Assembly (NCBI GenBank): GCA_023428335.1
Contig: JAEYYS010000114.1
Span: forward strand, 1 to 37,711
Reading direction: 5' to 3'
From: Verrucomicrobiota bacterium
Lineage (GTDB): Bacteria; Verrucomicrobiota; Verrucomicrobiia; Verrucomicrobiales; Verrucomicrobiaceae
Length of the DNA: 37,711 nucleotides
Position 1 is the first letter of the stretch, and each line of letters starts with the position of its first letter. The translations under genes were made by a program, and so were the position numbers. Under the pieces are notes generated by a model, which had not been told where the DNA came from, searched no databases, and was given only the letters and a program-made list of their open reading frames with translations. Shown here piece after piece: positions 10,701 through 18,917 of the stretch.

Positions 10701-12735
10701 GGGACCCCACAGTGCCGGCTCCCTGCGCACGAGCGGCAGCACCGGCGTGGGCGACAACCAGGCCCTCAGCAGCGATGGCCGGGTCTATGCCGTGCTGCGC
10801 GATCCCGTGCTCGGCGATGACTGGGCGGGCACAACCGCGGTGAGTGGTGGCATGCGCGACATCGTCAAGCTGTCGGCGCTCGGCATCCAGACGCCGTCCA
10901 GCCTCGACAGTCTCGCCGGCCATGCCGACATCGCAGCTGGGGTGACAACGACGACGCTGGCGGCCGAGACGACAGTGAGCAGCCTGCGTTTTGGTGTCGC
11001 ACAAAGCACGACGATCGCCCAGACGGGCAACTCGATCCTCAACACCGGAGGCATTCTCGTCAGCAGCACGGTGGGTGCGTTCGACAGCATCATTGCCGCG
11101 CAGGTGCGGCCCACGGCCTCGACGATCAGCAACCCTGAACTCGTCATCGTCCAGAACAATTCGCTGGGATCGCTGGTCTTTCAGAATGGCATCCTCAACC
11201 GCACCGAGAGCGGGCGCACGACGGTTTCCGTGGCCAAGGCGGGGCAGGGCCGGGTGGTGATCGGCGGCACCAGCACCTTCAGCGGCAACCTGCGCCTTTA
11301 TGAGGGCGACATTCAGTTCGCGCCCGGGGCCGTTGTCAGCAGCAGCATCGAGTTCCTGATCGGTTCCGGCGCGCGCAGCGGCCGCGTCACGCTGGGTTCG
11401 GCGGACGGCACCGCCTCGCTGTTGATCGACTACATCGCCACGGTCGGCACCGGCACGGACAACCGCATCGTCGGCGGCGCCAGCGGTTTGTCGCGACTGA
11501 CCCTCACCGGTTCTGCCACCACACCGAGCAATTTCGCCAACGGTTTCCTCGGTGGTCCGGGCACGAACGAGAACCAGCTCGAATTGCGCCTGGCGAGCGC
11601 CAACGGCCGGGTGATCCTGGGGCCGGACAACACCTATGCCGGTGCCACGATCCTGTCGCGCGGCATCATCGAGGTGGCCAGGCTGGCTGACTCCGGTCAG
11701 TCCAGCTCGCTGGGCACGGGCACGCTCAATCCGGTCATTCAAATGGGCGATGCCACCACCAGCGCCGTCGGATCCTCGGCAATCGCCGTGCTGCGCCACA
11801 CCGGTGCCAGCGATTCGGTGACCAACCGCCCGCTGAACCTGACCAACAGCGACAACGCCACCGACATCACGACGGTGGCCGCGGTGCTGGAAAGCGAGGG
11901 CGCGGGCACGGTGAAGTTCACCGCGCCATTCACGGTCGGCGGCAGCAATCCTGCCGGTCGTGTGTTGCAGTTGAGCGGCAGCAACACCGGTCTCAACGAG
12001 GTGGTCGGCATCGGTCAGATCAGCGCAGCGAATGCGACCTCGCTGGTCAAGACCGGCACGGGCACCTGGGCGATCACCGGGTCGAGCTTGTTCACGGGAG
12101 GCACCCAGGTGGAGGCCGGGCGGCTGCTGGTGACCAACAGCAGTGACTCGGCCACCGGGCTCGGATCGGTGACGGTTGCCGCCGGCGCCGTGCTCGGTGG
12201 CAGCGGCCGGATCGCACCCGCGGCGGATGCCGAGATTTCCCTCACTGGCGCCACCCTGCAGGTCGGGCTCGATCTCCAGGGCGAGCCGGTCAGTGCGGCG
12301 GCCCTGACCCTGCACACCTCAGGCAGCGGTTCGACCCGGCTGCTCGACGGTTCGGTGCTCGCCCTCGACCTGATCTCCGGTGCGGGGTGGGGCGATCAAA
12401 CGACAGAGGCGGGTGCGGCCGACCGGCTTGTTGTCGGTGGTTCGCTCATGCTGGGCGACAGTGCCGTCCTCAGGGTCGGCAATCCGAACCGCATGGATGC
12501 GTGGATGGCCGGCGACGCCTGGCGATTGTTCGACTGGACCACGCTTTCCGGTTCGGCCGAAGGCACGTTCACCACCTTCGAACTGCCGGTGCTGCCCGAG
12601 GGACTGGCCTGGGACACCTCCAGCCTCTTCGATCAGGGCACGCTCGCCATCGCCTTCGTGCCCGAGCCCGGGCGGACGGCCTTCATCGGTCTCGGTCTGC
12701 TGTTCTGGCTGCTGCGCCGGAAACGCCGGGAATAA
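7711..12735 (+). CDS. large Gly/Thr/Ala-rich surface protein with autotransporter-associated beta-strand (PATR) repeats and a PEP-CTERM sorting signal
   Basis: Signal peptide ending LLQA. About seven K.G.G.L.L...NT(Y/F)TG.T.-type repeats, e.g. LVKTGNGLLVLAGDNNFTGAVTISQGALRV. C-terminus VPEPGRTAFIGLGLLFWLLRRKRRE. No beta-barrel. Confidence 0.9.
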   Translation: MILLKFPLRPALALLAPCLLQAQTLTWDASTGSAGVQNGSGTWNLTNSNWWDGSANVSWVNGAEAIAQFGTPTPVSGNAVSIEQDIQLKELRFLSVTAASIASGQQFSLNGNAAGRVIDFGANGLIQMADLSSGGSQFVSLGANLSLKGSDLRLQKFGAGTAFQFLTLGMAANPQLTGAFTIGGSIYATVNNPNTLQAVDRIVVEAGGSAALGGANAHYTQPFHLAGFGNSLTGTSTAYGAIRFTTANTRISGPVTLTADAGVHTNLSGANGLSGMVISGAIADGGAGYAFHRFALGRGNGTLTFAGANTYGGTTVLGRAQTGYSGGITILDFTAATAPQDDILYQGLATPGALQLIGGNSASVLRLTGGDGQTHRQHFGDVSVSGTHSVIELQAGSAGEMHLSAGAISRSGNATLTVGGPAAGAFTTTQADGFLGPWLSYQTAAGARSWARVQGGVLGAGFAGEVELATGGLLDAAPYAGAHVGLTSTSVGEVSQGAAVADVQTLSMNDDRLDRQVPIGLDRLLRFGSTGGVQIVAGARSLTLGMTDAVSIVTAGGATTNTPGQLFLSNHSDSSVLTVHSRIANNGTGGVVSLLVNGAPGSRTVLTAGNTHTGGTVIASGLLEIRNAAALGSTGTVTVVDGATLAFSGGLTVTRTLTAVGGFGDGGLGGLRSLADVNVLAAQVTQAAPTFLTADAGAVLRLERAAATDIVLAGGYTATFGGEGTVEVNSRISISSSGLVKTGNGLLVLAGDNNFTGAVTISQGALRVQHANALGVNGSSFSSTTVSAGGALELAGGITLAAEPVTLASTGMNLAGGIRNVDGDNTTTGVITLNATTVRIHSDAGLLTLGGTGNATLHSTSSARTLIFGGAGDILVARPLARTGSGAFTVTKDGNGSLTLAAAVANSATAVNAGLMKLDFAGSASPITQILNGTASLSLGGGRLLLSGRADTANSQTTGTLTVGGSFSELDFETNGATSLSLTVGDVARSWSGIVSVGPHSAGSLRTSGSTGVGDNQALSSDGRVYAVLRDPVLGDDWAGTTAVSGGMRDIVKLSALGIQTPSSLDSLAGHADIAAGVTTTTLAAETTVSSLRFGVAQSTTIAQTGNSILNTGGILVSSTVGAFDSIIAAQVRPTASTISNPELVIVQNNSLGSLVFQNGILNRTESGRTTVSVAKAGQGRVVIGGTSTFSGNLRLYEGDIQFAPGAVVSSSIEFLIGSGARSGRVTLGSADGTASLLIDYIATVGTGTDNRIVGGASGLSRLTLTGSATTPSNFANGFLGGPGTNENQLELRLASANGRVILGPDNTYAGATILSRGIIEVARLADSGQSSSLGTGTLNPVIQMGDATTSAVGSSAIAVLRHTGASDSVTNRPLNLTNSDNATDITTVAAVLESEGAGTVKFTAPFTVGGSNPAGRVLQLSGSNTGLNEVVGIGQISAANATSLVKTGTGTWAITGSSLFTGGTQVEAGRLLVTNSSDSATGLGSVTVAAGAVLGGSGRIAPAADAEISLTGATLQVGLDLQGEPVSAAALTLHTSGSGSTRLLDGSVLALDLISGAGWGDQTTEAGAADRLVVGGSLMLGDSAVLRVGNPNRMDAWMAGDAWRLFDWTTLSGSAEGTFTTFELPVLPEGLAWDTSSLFDQGTLAIAFVPEPGRTAFIGLGLLFWLLRRKRRE

Positions 12736-12763
12736 CCGCGGTCGCCGCAACGTATGGGAGGGG

Positions 12764-14197
12764 ATGTCGCCACGTCTCGAAAACCTGCACCTGCGCACCC
12801 GTCGCCAGTTTCTCGGCGCCGCCGGCCAGTTCAGCCTGGGTGCGGTTGCCCTGCAGGCCCTGGCCAACCCGGGCTCGGCCGGACCGCTTGACGCCCGCGC
12901 ACCACATCACGCGGCCAAGGCGAAGCGGGTGATCTACCTGCACATGTCCGGGGCACCGCCGCACCTGGATCTTTTCGATTACAAACCGGAGTTGGTGAAA
13001 CGCGGTGGTCAGGATTGTCCGGATGCCTTTCTCAAGGGTCGCACCTTCGCCTTCACCAGCGGGGTGCCCAAGCTGCTCGGCACGCCGCGCCGCTTCAAGC
13101 GCCACGGTCGCGCCGGGATGTGGATGAGCGATGCCTGCCCGAACTTCCACCGCCTCGCCGATGAGATCACGCTGGTGCGCTCGATGCACACCGACCAGTT
13201 CAACCACGCGCCGGCTGAGCTGCTGCTGTTCACCGGTCACAGCCGCCAGGGCCGGCCGTCGATGGGCTCCTGGGCCAGCTATGGACTGGGTTCGGAAAAT
13301 CAGAACCTGCCCGGCTTTGTCGTCCTCATCTCCAGCGGCACCCAACCCTCCGGCGGCCAGGGCTGCTGGGGCAGCGGCTTCATTCCCTCGGTTTATCAGG
13401 GTGTGCAGTGCCGGTCGAAGGGCGATCCCGTGCTCTTCGTTAATGACCCGCCCGGCATGGACCGCGCCCTGCGCCGGCGCAGCCTCGACGCGCTCAACGA
13501 GCTGAACGCCCTGCAAGCCGCCGAGCTCGGCCATCCCGAGACGGCGACCCGCATCGCCCAGTACGAACTCGCCTACCGCATGCAGGCCAGCGTGCCCGAG
13601 GTCATGGACATCGGCCGCGAGCCGGCGAAGGTGCTGGAAGAATACGGCGCCAAGCCGGGGGAATCCAGCTTCGCCAACAACTGCCTGCTGGCGCGCCGAC
13701 TGGTGGAACAGGGCGTGCGGTTTGTGCAGTTGTTCGACTGGGGTTGGGACTTCCACGGCACCAGCGCGGCCACCGGTTTGACCGACGGCCTGACGCAAAA
13801 GATGGCGGCGACCGACCGGCCCGTGGCGGCGCTGATCACCGATTTGAAGCAGCGCGGCCTGCTCGACGACACCCTGGTCATCTGGGGGGGCGAGTTTGGT
13901 CGCACGCCCTTCCGCGAGGGGCGCACTGCCGCCAGCCAGGTGCTCGGGCGCGACCACTATCCCGACTGCTTCTCGCTGTTCATGGCCGGTGGCGGCGTCA
14001 AGGCCGGCTTCGAGTACGGGGCCACCGACGAACTCGGCTTCTCGGTGGTCGAGAACAAGGTGCACGTGCACGACTTCCAGGCGACCGTGCTGCACCTGCT
14101 CGGCTTCGATCACGAGCGTCTCACCGCGCGCTTTCAGGGGCGCGACTACCGGCTCACCGACATCCACGGTCACGTCGTCCGCGCCCTGCTGGCCTGA
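12764..14197 (+). CDS. DUF1501 family (sulfatase-like) protein
   Basis: Tat-like TRRQFLG, AKAKRVIYLHMSGAPPHLDLFDYKP, GRPSMGSW, LLARRLVEQGVRFVQL, GGEFGRTP, GRDHYP, RLTDIHG. Confidence 0.92.
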   Translation: MSPRLENLHLRTRRQFLGAAGQFSLGAVALQALANPGSAGPLDARAPHHAAKAKRVIYLHMSGAPPHLDLFDYKPELVKRGGQDCPDAFLKGRTFAFTSGVPKLLGTPRRFKRHGRAGMWMSDACPNFHRLADEITLVRSMHTDQFNHAPAELLLFTGHSRQGRPSMGSWASYGLGSENQNLPGFVVLISSGTQPSGGQGCWGSGFIPSVYQGVQCRSKGDPVLFVNDPPGMDRALRRRSLDALNELNALQAAELGHPETATRIAQYELAYRMQASVPEVMDIGREPAKVLEEYGAKPGESSFANNCLLARRLVEQGVRFVQLFDWGWDFHGTSAATGLTDGLTQKMAATDRPVAALITDLKQRGLLDDTLVIWGGEFGRTPFREGRTAASQVLGRDHYPDCFSLFMAGGGVKAGFEYGATDELGFSVVENKVHVHDFQATVLHLLGFDHERLTARFQGRDYRLTDIHGHVVRALLA

Positions 14198-14204
14198 GCC
14201 GGAT

Positions 14205-15695
14205 TCAAAGCGTTGCCGCCAGCGCGCGCAGGGCCTTGCGGTCGAGCTTTTGGTTGGCGGTGCGCGGCAGTTCCGCCAGAACATGCACGCGGTCGGGCAG
14301 CTTGGCGCGCTCCAGCACCGCCGCCAGGCCGGCAAGCACGGCGGCCGGTTCGGGCGCGGCGTCGCGCGCGGTCAGGAACAGATGCAGCAGGTCGCGCGCT
14401 TCATCCTTGGTGCAGCCGGCCGCGGCCACGCCGGGCAGCAAGAGGGCGGCCTCCTCAATCTCGGCGGGATTGAGTCGCGTGCCGCGGTGCTTGATGAGGA
14501 AATCGGCCCGCGTTTCAAAGCTCAGGAATCCCTGCGCGTCGACGCTGCCGCGGTCACCGGTGAACAGCGTGCGCACACCGTCGATGAGGCGAAAGCGCGC
14601 GGACGTTTCTTCCGGGGCATTCCAGTAGCCGGGGCTGAGGTGCGGGCCCTGCACGGCGATCTCGCCGCTGGCGCCGGGCGGCAGCGGTTGGCCGTCGGCA
14701 TCGACCGCAAACACGCGCGTGCCATCCAAGGCGCGGCCGACGCTGTCCGGGTGCGCCGCGCGTTCCTCGGGCAGTAGGATGCTGACGCGTTTGCACTCGG
14801 TGAGGCCGTACATCGGGAAGATGCGTGCCTGCGGCAGGCTTGCCTGGAGGAGGTCGATCTGCGCGGGCGGCAGTCGGTCGCCGGTGTTGCTGAGCAGGCG
14901 CAGATTGGGCAGGGCGCGCGGGCGATGCTCGAGCAGGCGCAGCAGGGCGGCAAACAGGGTGGGCACACCGGGCAACACGTCGATCCGCTGCTGCTCCAGC
15001 CATTGCGGCAGGCCGGGGCCGACCTGTTCTGGGCGACCGAGCACGACGCAGGCGCCGCTGAGGCAGGCGAGGAAGAGTTGGTACAGCGCGTAGTCGAAGG
15101 CGAGCGGCAGGAGCACAGCGATGCGGTCCTGCTCGCGGTACTGCAGCCGGGCCTGGATGGCCGGTGTCACGAAGGCGACGTTGCCATGGCTGAGGATGAC
15201 GCCGCGCGGCGTGCCGGTGCTGCCGGAGGTGAAGACCAGAAAGGCGGGATCGTCCGGGCCGAGGTTCGCGGTCACGGGCGGTTCACCGATGCCGGCGTGG
15301 TCGAGCCGAGCCACCGGGCAGCGTCCCTCGGCGGCGACCGCCAGCGGTTCGGTGCTGGCGTCGAGCAGCAGCAGGGCGGGCGCGCACGGGTCAAGGATTT
15401 TGACCAGTCCGGCCGGCTGCAACTGGGCGGGCAGCAGTGAGAAGATCGCGCCGAGCCGCAGGGCGGCGAAGGCGAGCAGCGGCAGTTCGAGCCGGTTGGG
15501 GGCGACGATCAGCAGGCGGTCGCCGGTGCGCAGGCCGAGGCCCTGCAGCCAGCCCGCCAGCAGAGCACAGCGCTGCGCCGCTTCGGTGTAGCTGAGAGCC
15601 GTGGCGCCGTCGTCGAGGAAGACGTGTTCGGGCCAGCGTGCGGCGGCCTGCTCCAGCCAGGTGGCAGGCCCGGAAAAGCGCGGGGTCGCGGGCAC
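14205..15695 (-). CDS. class I adenylate-forming enzyme (acyl-CoA ligase-like)
   Basis: FTSGSTGTPRGVILSH, YGLTECKRVS, TGDRG, LPRTANQKLDRKAL. Probable GTG start at 15695, just after the upstream stop. Confidence 0.88.
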   Translation of the reverse strand: MPATPRFSGPATWLEQAAARWPEHVFLDDGATALSYTEAAQRCALLAGWLQGLGLRTGDRLLIVAPNRLELPLLAFAALRLGAIFSLLPAQLQPAGLVKILDPCAPALLLLDASTEPLAVAAEGRCPVARLDHAGIGEPPVTANLGPDDPAFLVFTSGSTGTPRGVILSHGNVAFVTPAIQARLQYREQDRIAVLLPLAFDYALYQLFLACLSGACVVLGRPEQVGPGLPQWLEQQRIDVLPGVPTLFAALLRLLEHRPRALPNLRLLSNTGDRLPPAQIDLLQASLPQARIFPMYGLTECKRVSILLPEERAAHPDSVGRALDGTRVFAVDADGQPLPPGASGEIAVQGPHLSPGYWNAPEETSARFRLIDGVRTLFTGDRGSVDAQGFLSFETRADFLIKHRGTRLNPAEIEEAALLLPGVAAAGCTKDEARDLLHLFLTARDAAPEPAAVLAGLAAVLERAKLPDRVHVLAELPRTANQKLDRKALRALAATL

Positions 15696-15700
15696 CGGCT

Positions 15701-16372
15701 TCAGCGGAAGAGTTCGCGGAAGAAGTTGCCGGTTTCCTTGCGCGCGTTGTCGGTCCAGTTCCAAGCGCGGCGGGCGGTGCGTTTGACGGCGCGTGCCGCG
15801 CGTTCGCCATTGTCGGCCTCCTCGGCCCGGCGCTGGGCGGTCGTGACGCGCGGCGTCCAGTCCTGGAAGGTGACGGCGCCGGTGTCGGCTGCAACGACGA
15901 CGAAACCGACCTCGTGACCGGTCTCGTCCTTGAGGGCCAGGCCCCATTCCGGCGCACCGGTTTGCGGGTTGGCGGCGAGCTGGTAATCCACCGAGGCAAA
16001 GACCGCCTTGGCGGTGACCGCCGCCTTGCCGGCCTCCTGGCGGGCGGCCTCGCTGCGCAGCTTTAGCGACGCGGCATCAAAGGGGCGTTGCGGGGCGCGG
16101 TCGAGCACTCGGCTGCCTGAACCCGCGACCTCGGCCTGCCAGGCGCCGTCGACGCGGTGGACGCGGATGCGCAGCAGGTCCTGGGGACGGAAGGTGTCAC
16201 GCGAGTAGGCGGTCCATTCGATGGGTTCGGCGACGCTGCCGCTGCCTTTCAGGAGCAGGACATTGGCCTGGACCGTGGCGCCGAACTGGCGGCCGACCGC
16301 GGCCAGCACATCGGGGTTGGCATGCAGCAGGGCGGGGGCGGCGAGCAGGGCGCAGCAGAGCAGGGTTTTCAT
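15701..16372 (-). CDS. hypothetical secreted protein with a weak PepSY-like C-terminal segment
   Basis: Signal peptide MKTLLCCALLAAPALLHA; sits between the ECF sigma and ligase genes on the same strand; WGLALKD..VVVAADTGAV resembles a PepSY end motif. Confidence 0.7.
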   Translation of the reverse strand: MKTLLCCALLAAPALLHANPDVLAAVGRQFGATVQANVLLLKGSGSVAEPIEWTAYSRDTFRPQDLLRIRVHRVDGAWQAEVAGSGSRVLDRAPQRPFDAASLKLRSEAARQEAGKAAVTAKAVFASVDYQLAANPQTGAPEWGLALKDETGHEVGFVVVAADTGAVTFQDWTPRVTTAQRRAEEADNGERAARAVKRTARRAWNWTDNARKETGNFFRELFR

Positions 16373-16395
16373 GGCGGGGCAGGGTTGGGAAGGGA

Positions 16396-17070
16396 TCACT
16401 GGTCCTCGGCGGCCAGCTTGGCGGCCTCGCGCTTGAGGATGCGGCCGACGCGATGTTTGGCGAGGTAGACCTGGGCGGCATTGACGCCGAGCTCCTTTTT
16501 GACGCGCTCCGGGCTCCAGCCCTTGAGCACGTAGCAGGAGAAGATTTGGTACTGGCGCGGCGAGACGATGGCCTTCACCCGGCGCAGGGCGAGGTCCATG
16601 ACCTTCTCCTGCCATTCCTGGTCCCAGAGTTTTTCCAAGACCATGCCGTTGGGATCGGCGCAGCGGTCGATCGGCGCGGTGCGGCGCTCGTCGGTCTCGT
16701 CGGCATACAGGTTGGCCTCGCGGCTCTGCTGCTTCTTGCGGCGGCGAAACTGGTCGAGGATGCGCCAGCGCGCCTGGTTGAGCAGGAAGGATTTGAAGGA
16801 GCCGAGGCTGGTGTCGAACTTCTTTTTCTGCAGGTTCTTGGCGACGCCGATGAAGGTCTCCTGGACGACGTCGTTGGCCTCGTCATCGCTGAGGCCGGAC
16901 TTGCGGGCGACGTGGAAGACAAAGCCCGAGTAGGTGCGGTAAAACTCGTCCCAACTGGACCAGTCGGACCAGTTGTCGAGCCGCTCAATGAGGGTCTTGC
17001 GCGTCGGCAGGGTGCCCGACGCCTCCTTGACCAGCTCTTCGGTGATGTCTTTTGGGAGAGGATCCTCCAT
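16396..17070 (-). CDS. ECF (sigma-70 group 4) sigma factor
   Basis: WDEFYRTY..EANDVVQETFI..GSFKSFL (region 2) and RQYQIF..VYLAKHRV (region 4). Confidence 0.93.
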   Translation of the reverse strand: MEDPLPKDITEELVKEASGTLPTRKTLIERLDNWSDWSSWDEFYRTYSGFVFHVARKSGLSDDEANDVVQETFIGVAKNLQKKKFDTSLGSFKSFLLNQARWRILDQFRRRKKQQSREANLYADETDERRTAPIDRCADPNGMVLEKLWDQEWQEKVMDLALRRVKAIVSPRQYQIFSCYVLKGWSPERVKKELGVNAAQVYLAKHRVGRILKREAAKLAAEDQ

Positions 17071-17225
17071 GCGGGGCGGAATCTATCGCCGGCCGGGCGG
17101 GGGGCCAAGCCCTAATTTGGCCTCCTCCGATAGAAGCCGCCGCCGGCCGGCGTTGTTTCGTCCCGCCGGAACTGCCTTGAAAACCCACCCCAAGCAGGCG
17201 TTCCGGAGGTGCTTGTGTCATTTGC

Positions 17226-18917
17226 ATGCCCAAAAACCTTTTTGCCCACCTCCTGAACGCCTTGCCCGCGCTGTGCCTGTGCGCCCTCGCGGGCTGCTCC
17301 CAGGGCTTCTACAAGCGCTCGGCGGACCGCGAGGTCTTTGGCATCATCGGCAAAAAATCCGCGGTTGTTCCAGGTGCCGATGACGCCCTGCTCAACATCA
17401 CGCCACCGCCGCCGGTCAAGCTCGACAGCCTGCTCAAAAATGGCGACGGCAGCGATTTTCTCGGCGAGCGCGCCTTCATCGAAAAGGACGCGCGCGTGCT
17501 CACGCTCGCCGACGCCCTCGATTTCTCCCTGCATCGCAACCGCGCCTACCTGGCGCGCAAGGAACTGGTTTACCTCAGTGCCCTCGGCCTCACCCTCACC
17601 CGCCAGCAGTTCGCCCCCGTCGCCGACGGCGGTGGCGGCGTCTTCTACACCGAGCAGCAGGTCCAGGGCGGCGTCAACAATCTGGTCCGCAACTCGACCC
17701 TGACCACCGACGGCGCGGTCGGTCTCGATTATCTCATGCGCACGGGCGCCCGCCTGGCGATGGACCTGAGCACGGATTTCACCCGCTTCTTCACGGGCGA
17801 CAACCGCCGGCTCAGCGACTCGCGCGCCGCCGCCACCCTGTCGCAGCCGCTGCTGCGCGGCGCCGGCGTGCTCGCCGCCTCCGAACCGCTGCGTCAGGAT
17901 GAGCGCAACGTGCTCTATTCGATCCGCGACTTCACCCAGTACCGCAAGGAGTTCGCGGTCGACATCACCCGCCAGTACCTGCGGGTGCTGCAGGCGCGTG
18001 AGGCCGCCCGCAACCGCAACACCGCCTACCGCGCCGCCGTGCTCTCGCTGGAGCGCGAGCGCGCCCTCGCCGCCGCCAACCTGCGCTCGCAGTCCAGCCT
18101 CAAGCAGATCGAGCAGGGTCTGCTCAACTACGAACGCACCCGCCTGACCGCCATCCGCGCCTATGAGGACCAGCTCGACGACCTCAAGGTCGCCCTCGGT
18201 CTGCCGGTCAACGAGCGCATCGTGCTCGACAGCGGTGAACTGGAAAAACTTGAGATCATCGACGCCGAAGGCGACCTCGACCTGGCCATGGACACCGCCC
18301 TGGTCACCCGCCTCGACCTGTTCAACCAGCGCGACCGCCTGCAGGATGCCGCGCGCAAGGTCAAGATCGCCCACCAGCAGACCCTGCCCGGGGTCAGTGC
18401 CGTGGTCAGTTACCAGGCGACTTCGCCGCCGAACACCGACGGCCTGCAGTTGGATGCCAGCAACCGCCGCTTCAGCACCGGGCTCGACATCGATCTCAAC
18501 CTCAACACCAAGCCCGAGCGCAACGCCCTGCGCGCCAGCCAGATCGCCGAGCAGCGCGCCGAACGCGAACTTGAGCTGGCCGAGGAGCAGCTGCGCAGCG
18601 CGATCCGCGGCGACTGGCGCAACCTTGAGGTCGCGCGCAAGCAGTTCAAACTCGCCCAGGACGGACTCGCCCTCGCCCAGAAGCGCCTGGAGATCGAGGA
18701 GGCGCTCATGGCTGAGGGTCAGGGCACCGCGCGTGACATCGTCGAGTCCCAGGACCGCCTCATCACCGCTCGCGACCTTGTGATTTCCACCCGCATCGAC
18801 CATGTCCTCGCCCGCCTCCAGCTCTGGAGCGACATGGGAATCCTCTTCTTGGAGAAAGACGGGCGCTGGCGGGACGTATTGAACAAAGAAAAACCCAAGG
18901 GACAGGCAAAGGAATGA
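17226..18917 (+). CDS. TolC-family outer-membrane efflux lipoprotein
   Basis: Lipobox LAGC, LTLADALDFSL, SQPLLRGAG, long helical repeats; precedes the MFP and ABC genes. Confidence 0.85.
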   Translation: MPKNLFAHLLNALPALCLCALAGCSQGFYKRSADREVFGIIGKKSAVVPGADDALLNITPPPPVKLDSLLKNGDGSDFLGERAFIEKDARVLTLADALDFSLHRNRAYLARKELVYLSALGLTLTRQQFAPVADGGGGVFYTEQQVQGGVNNLVRNSTLTTDGAVGLDYLMRTGARLAMDLSTDFTRFFTGDNRRLSDSRAAATLSQPLLRGAGVLAASEPLRQDERNVLYSIRDFTQYRKEFAVDITRQYLRVLQAREAARNRNTAYRAAVLSLERERALAAANLRSQSSLKQIEQGLLNYERTRLTAIRAYEDQLDDLKVALGLPVNERIVLDSGELEKLEIIDAEGDLDLAMDTALVTRLDLFNQRDRLQDAARKVKIAHQQTLPGVSAVVSYQATSPPNTDGLQLDASNRRFSTGLDIDLNLNTKPERNALRASQIAEQRAERELELAEEQLRSAIRGDWRNLEVARKQFKLAQDGLALAQKRLEIEEALMAEGQGTARDIVESQDRLITARDLVISTRIDHVLARLQLWSDMGILFLEKDGRWRDVLNKEKPKGQAKE

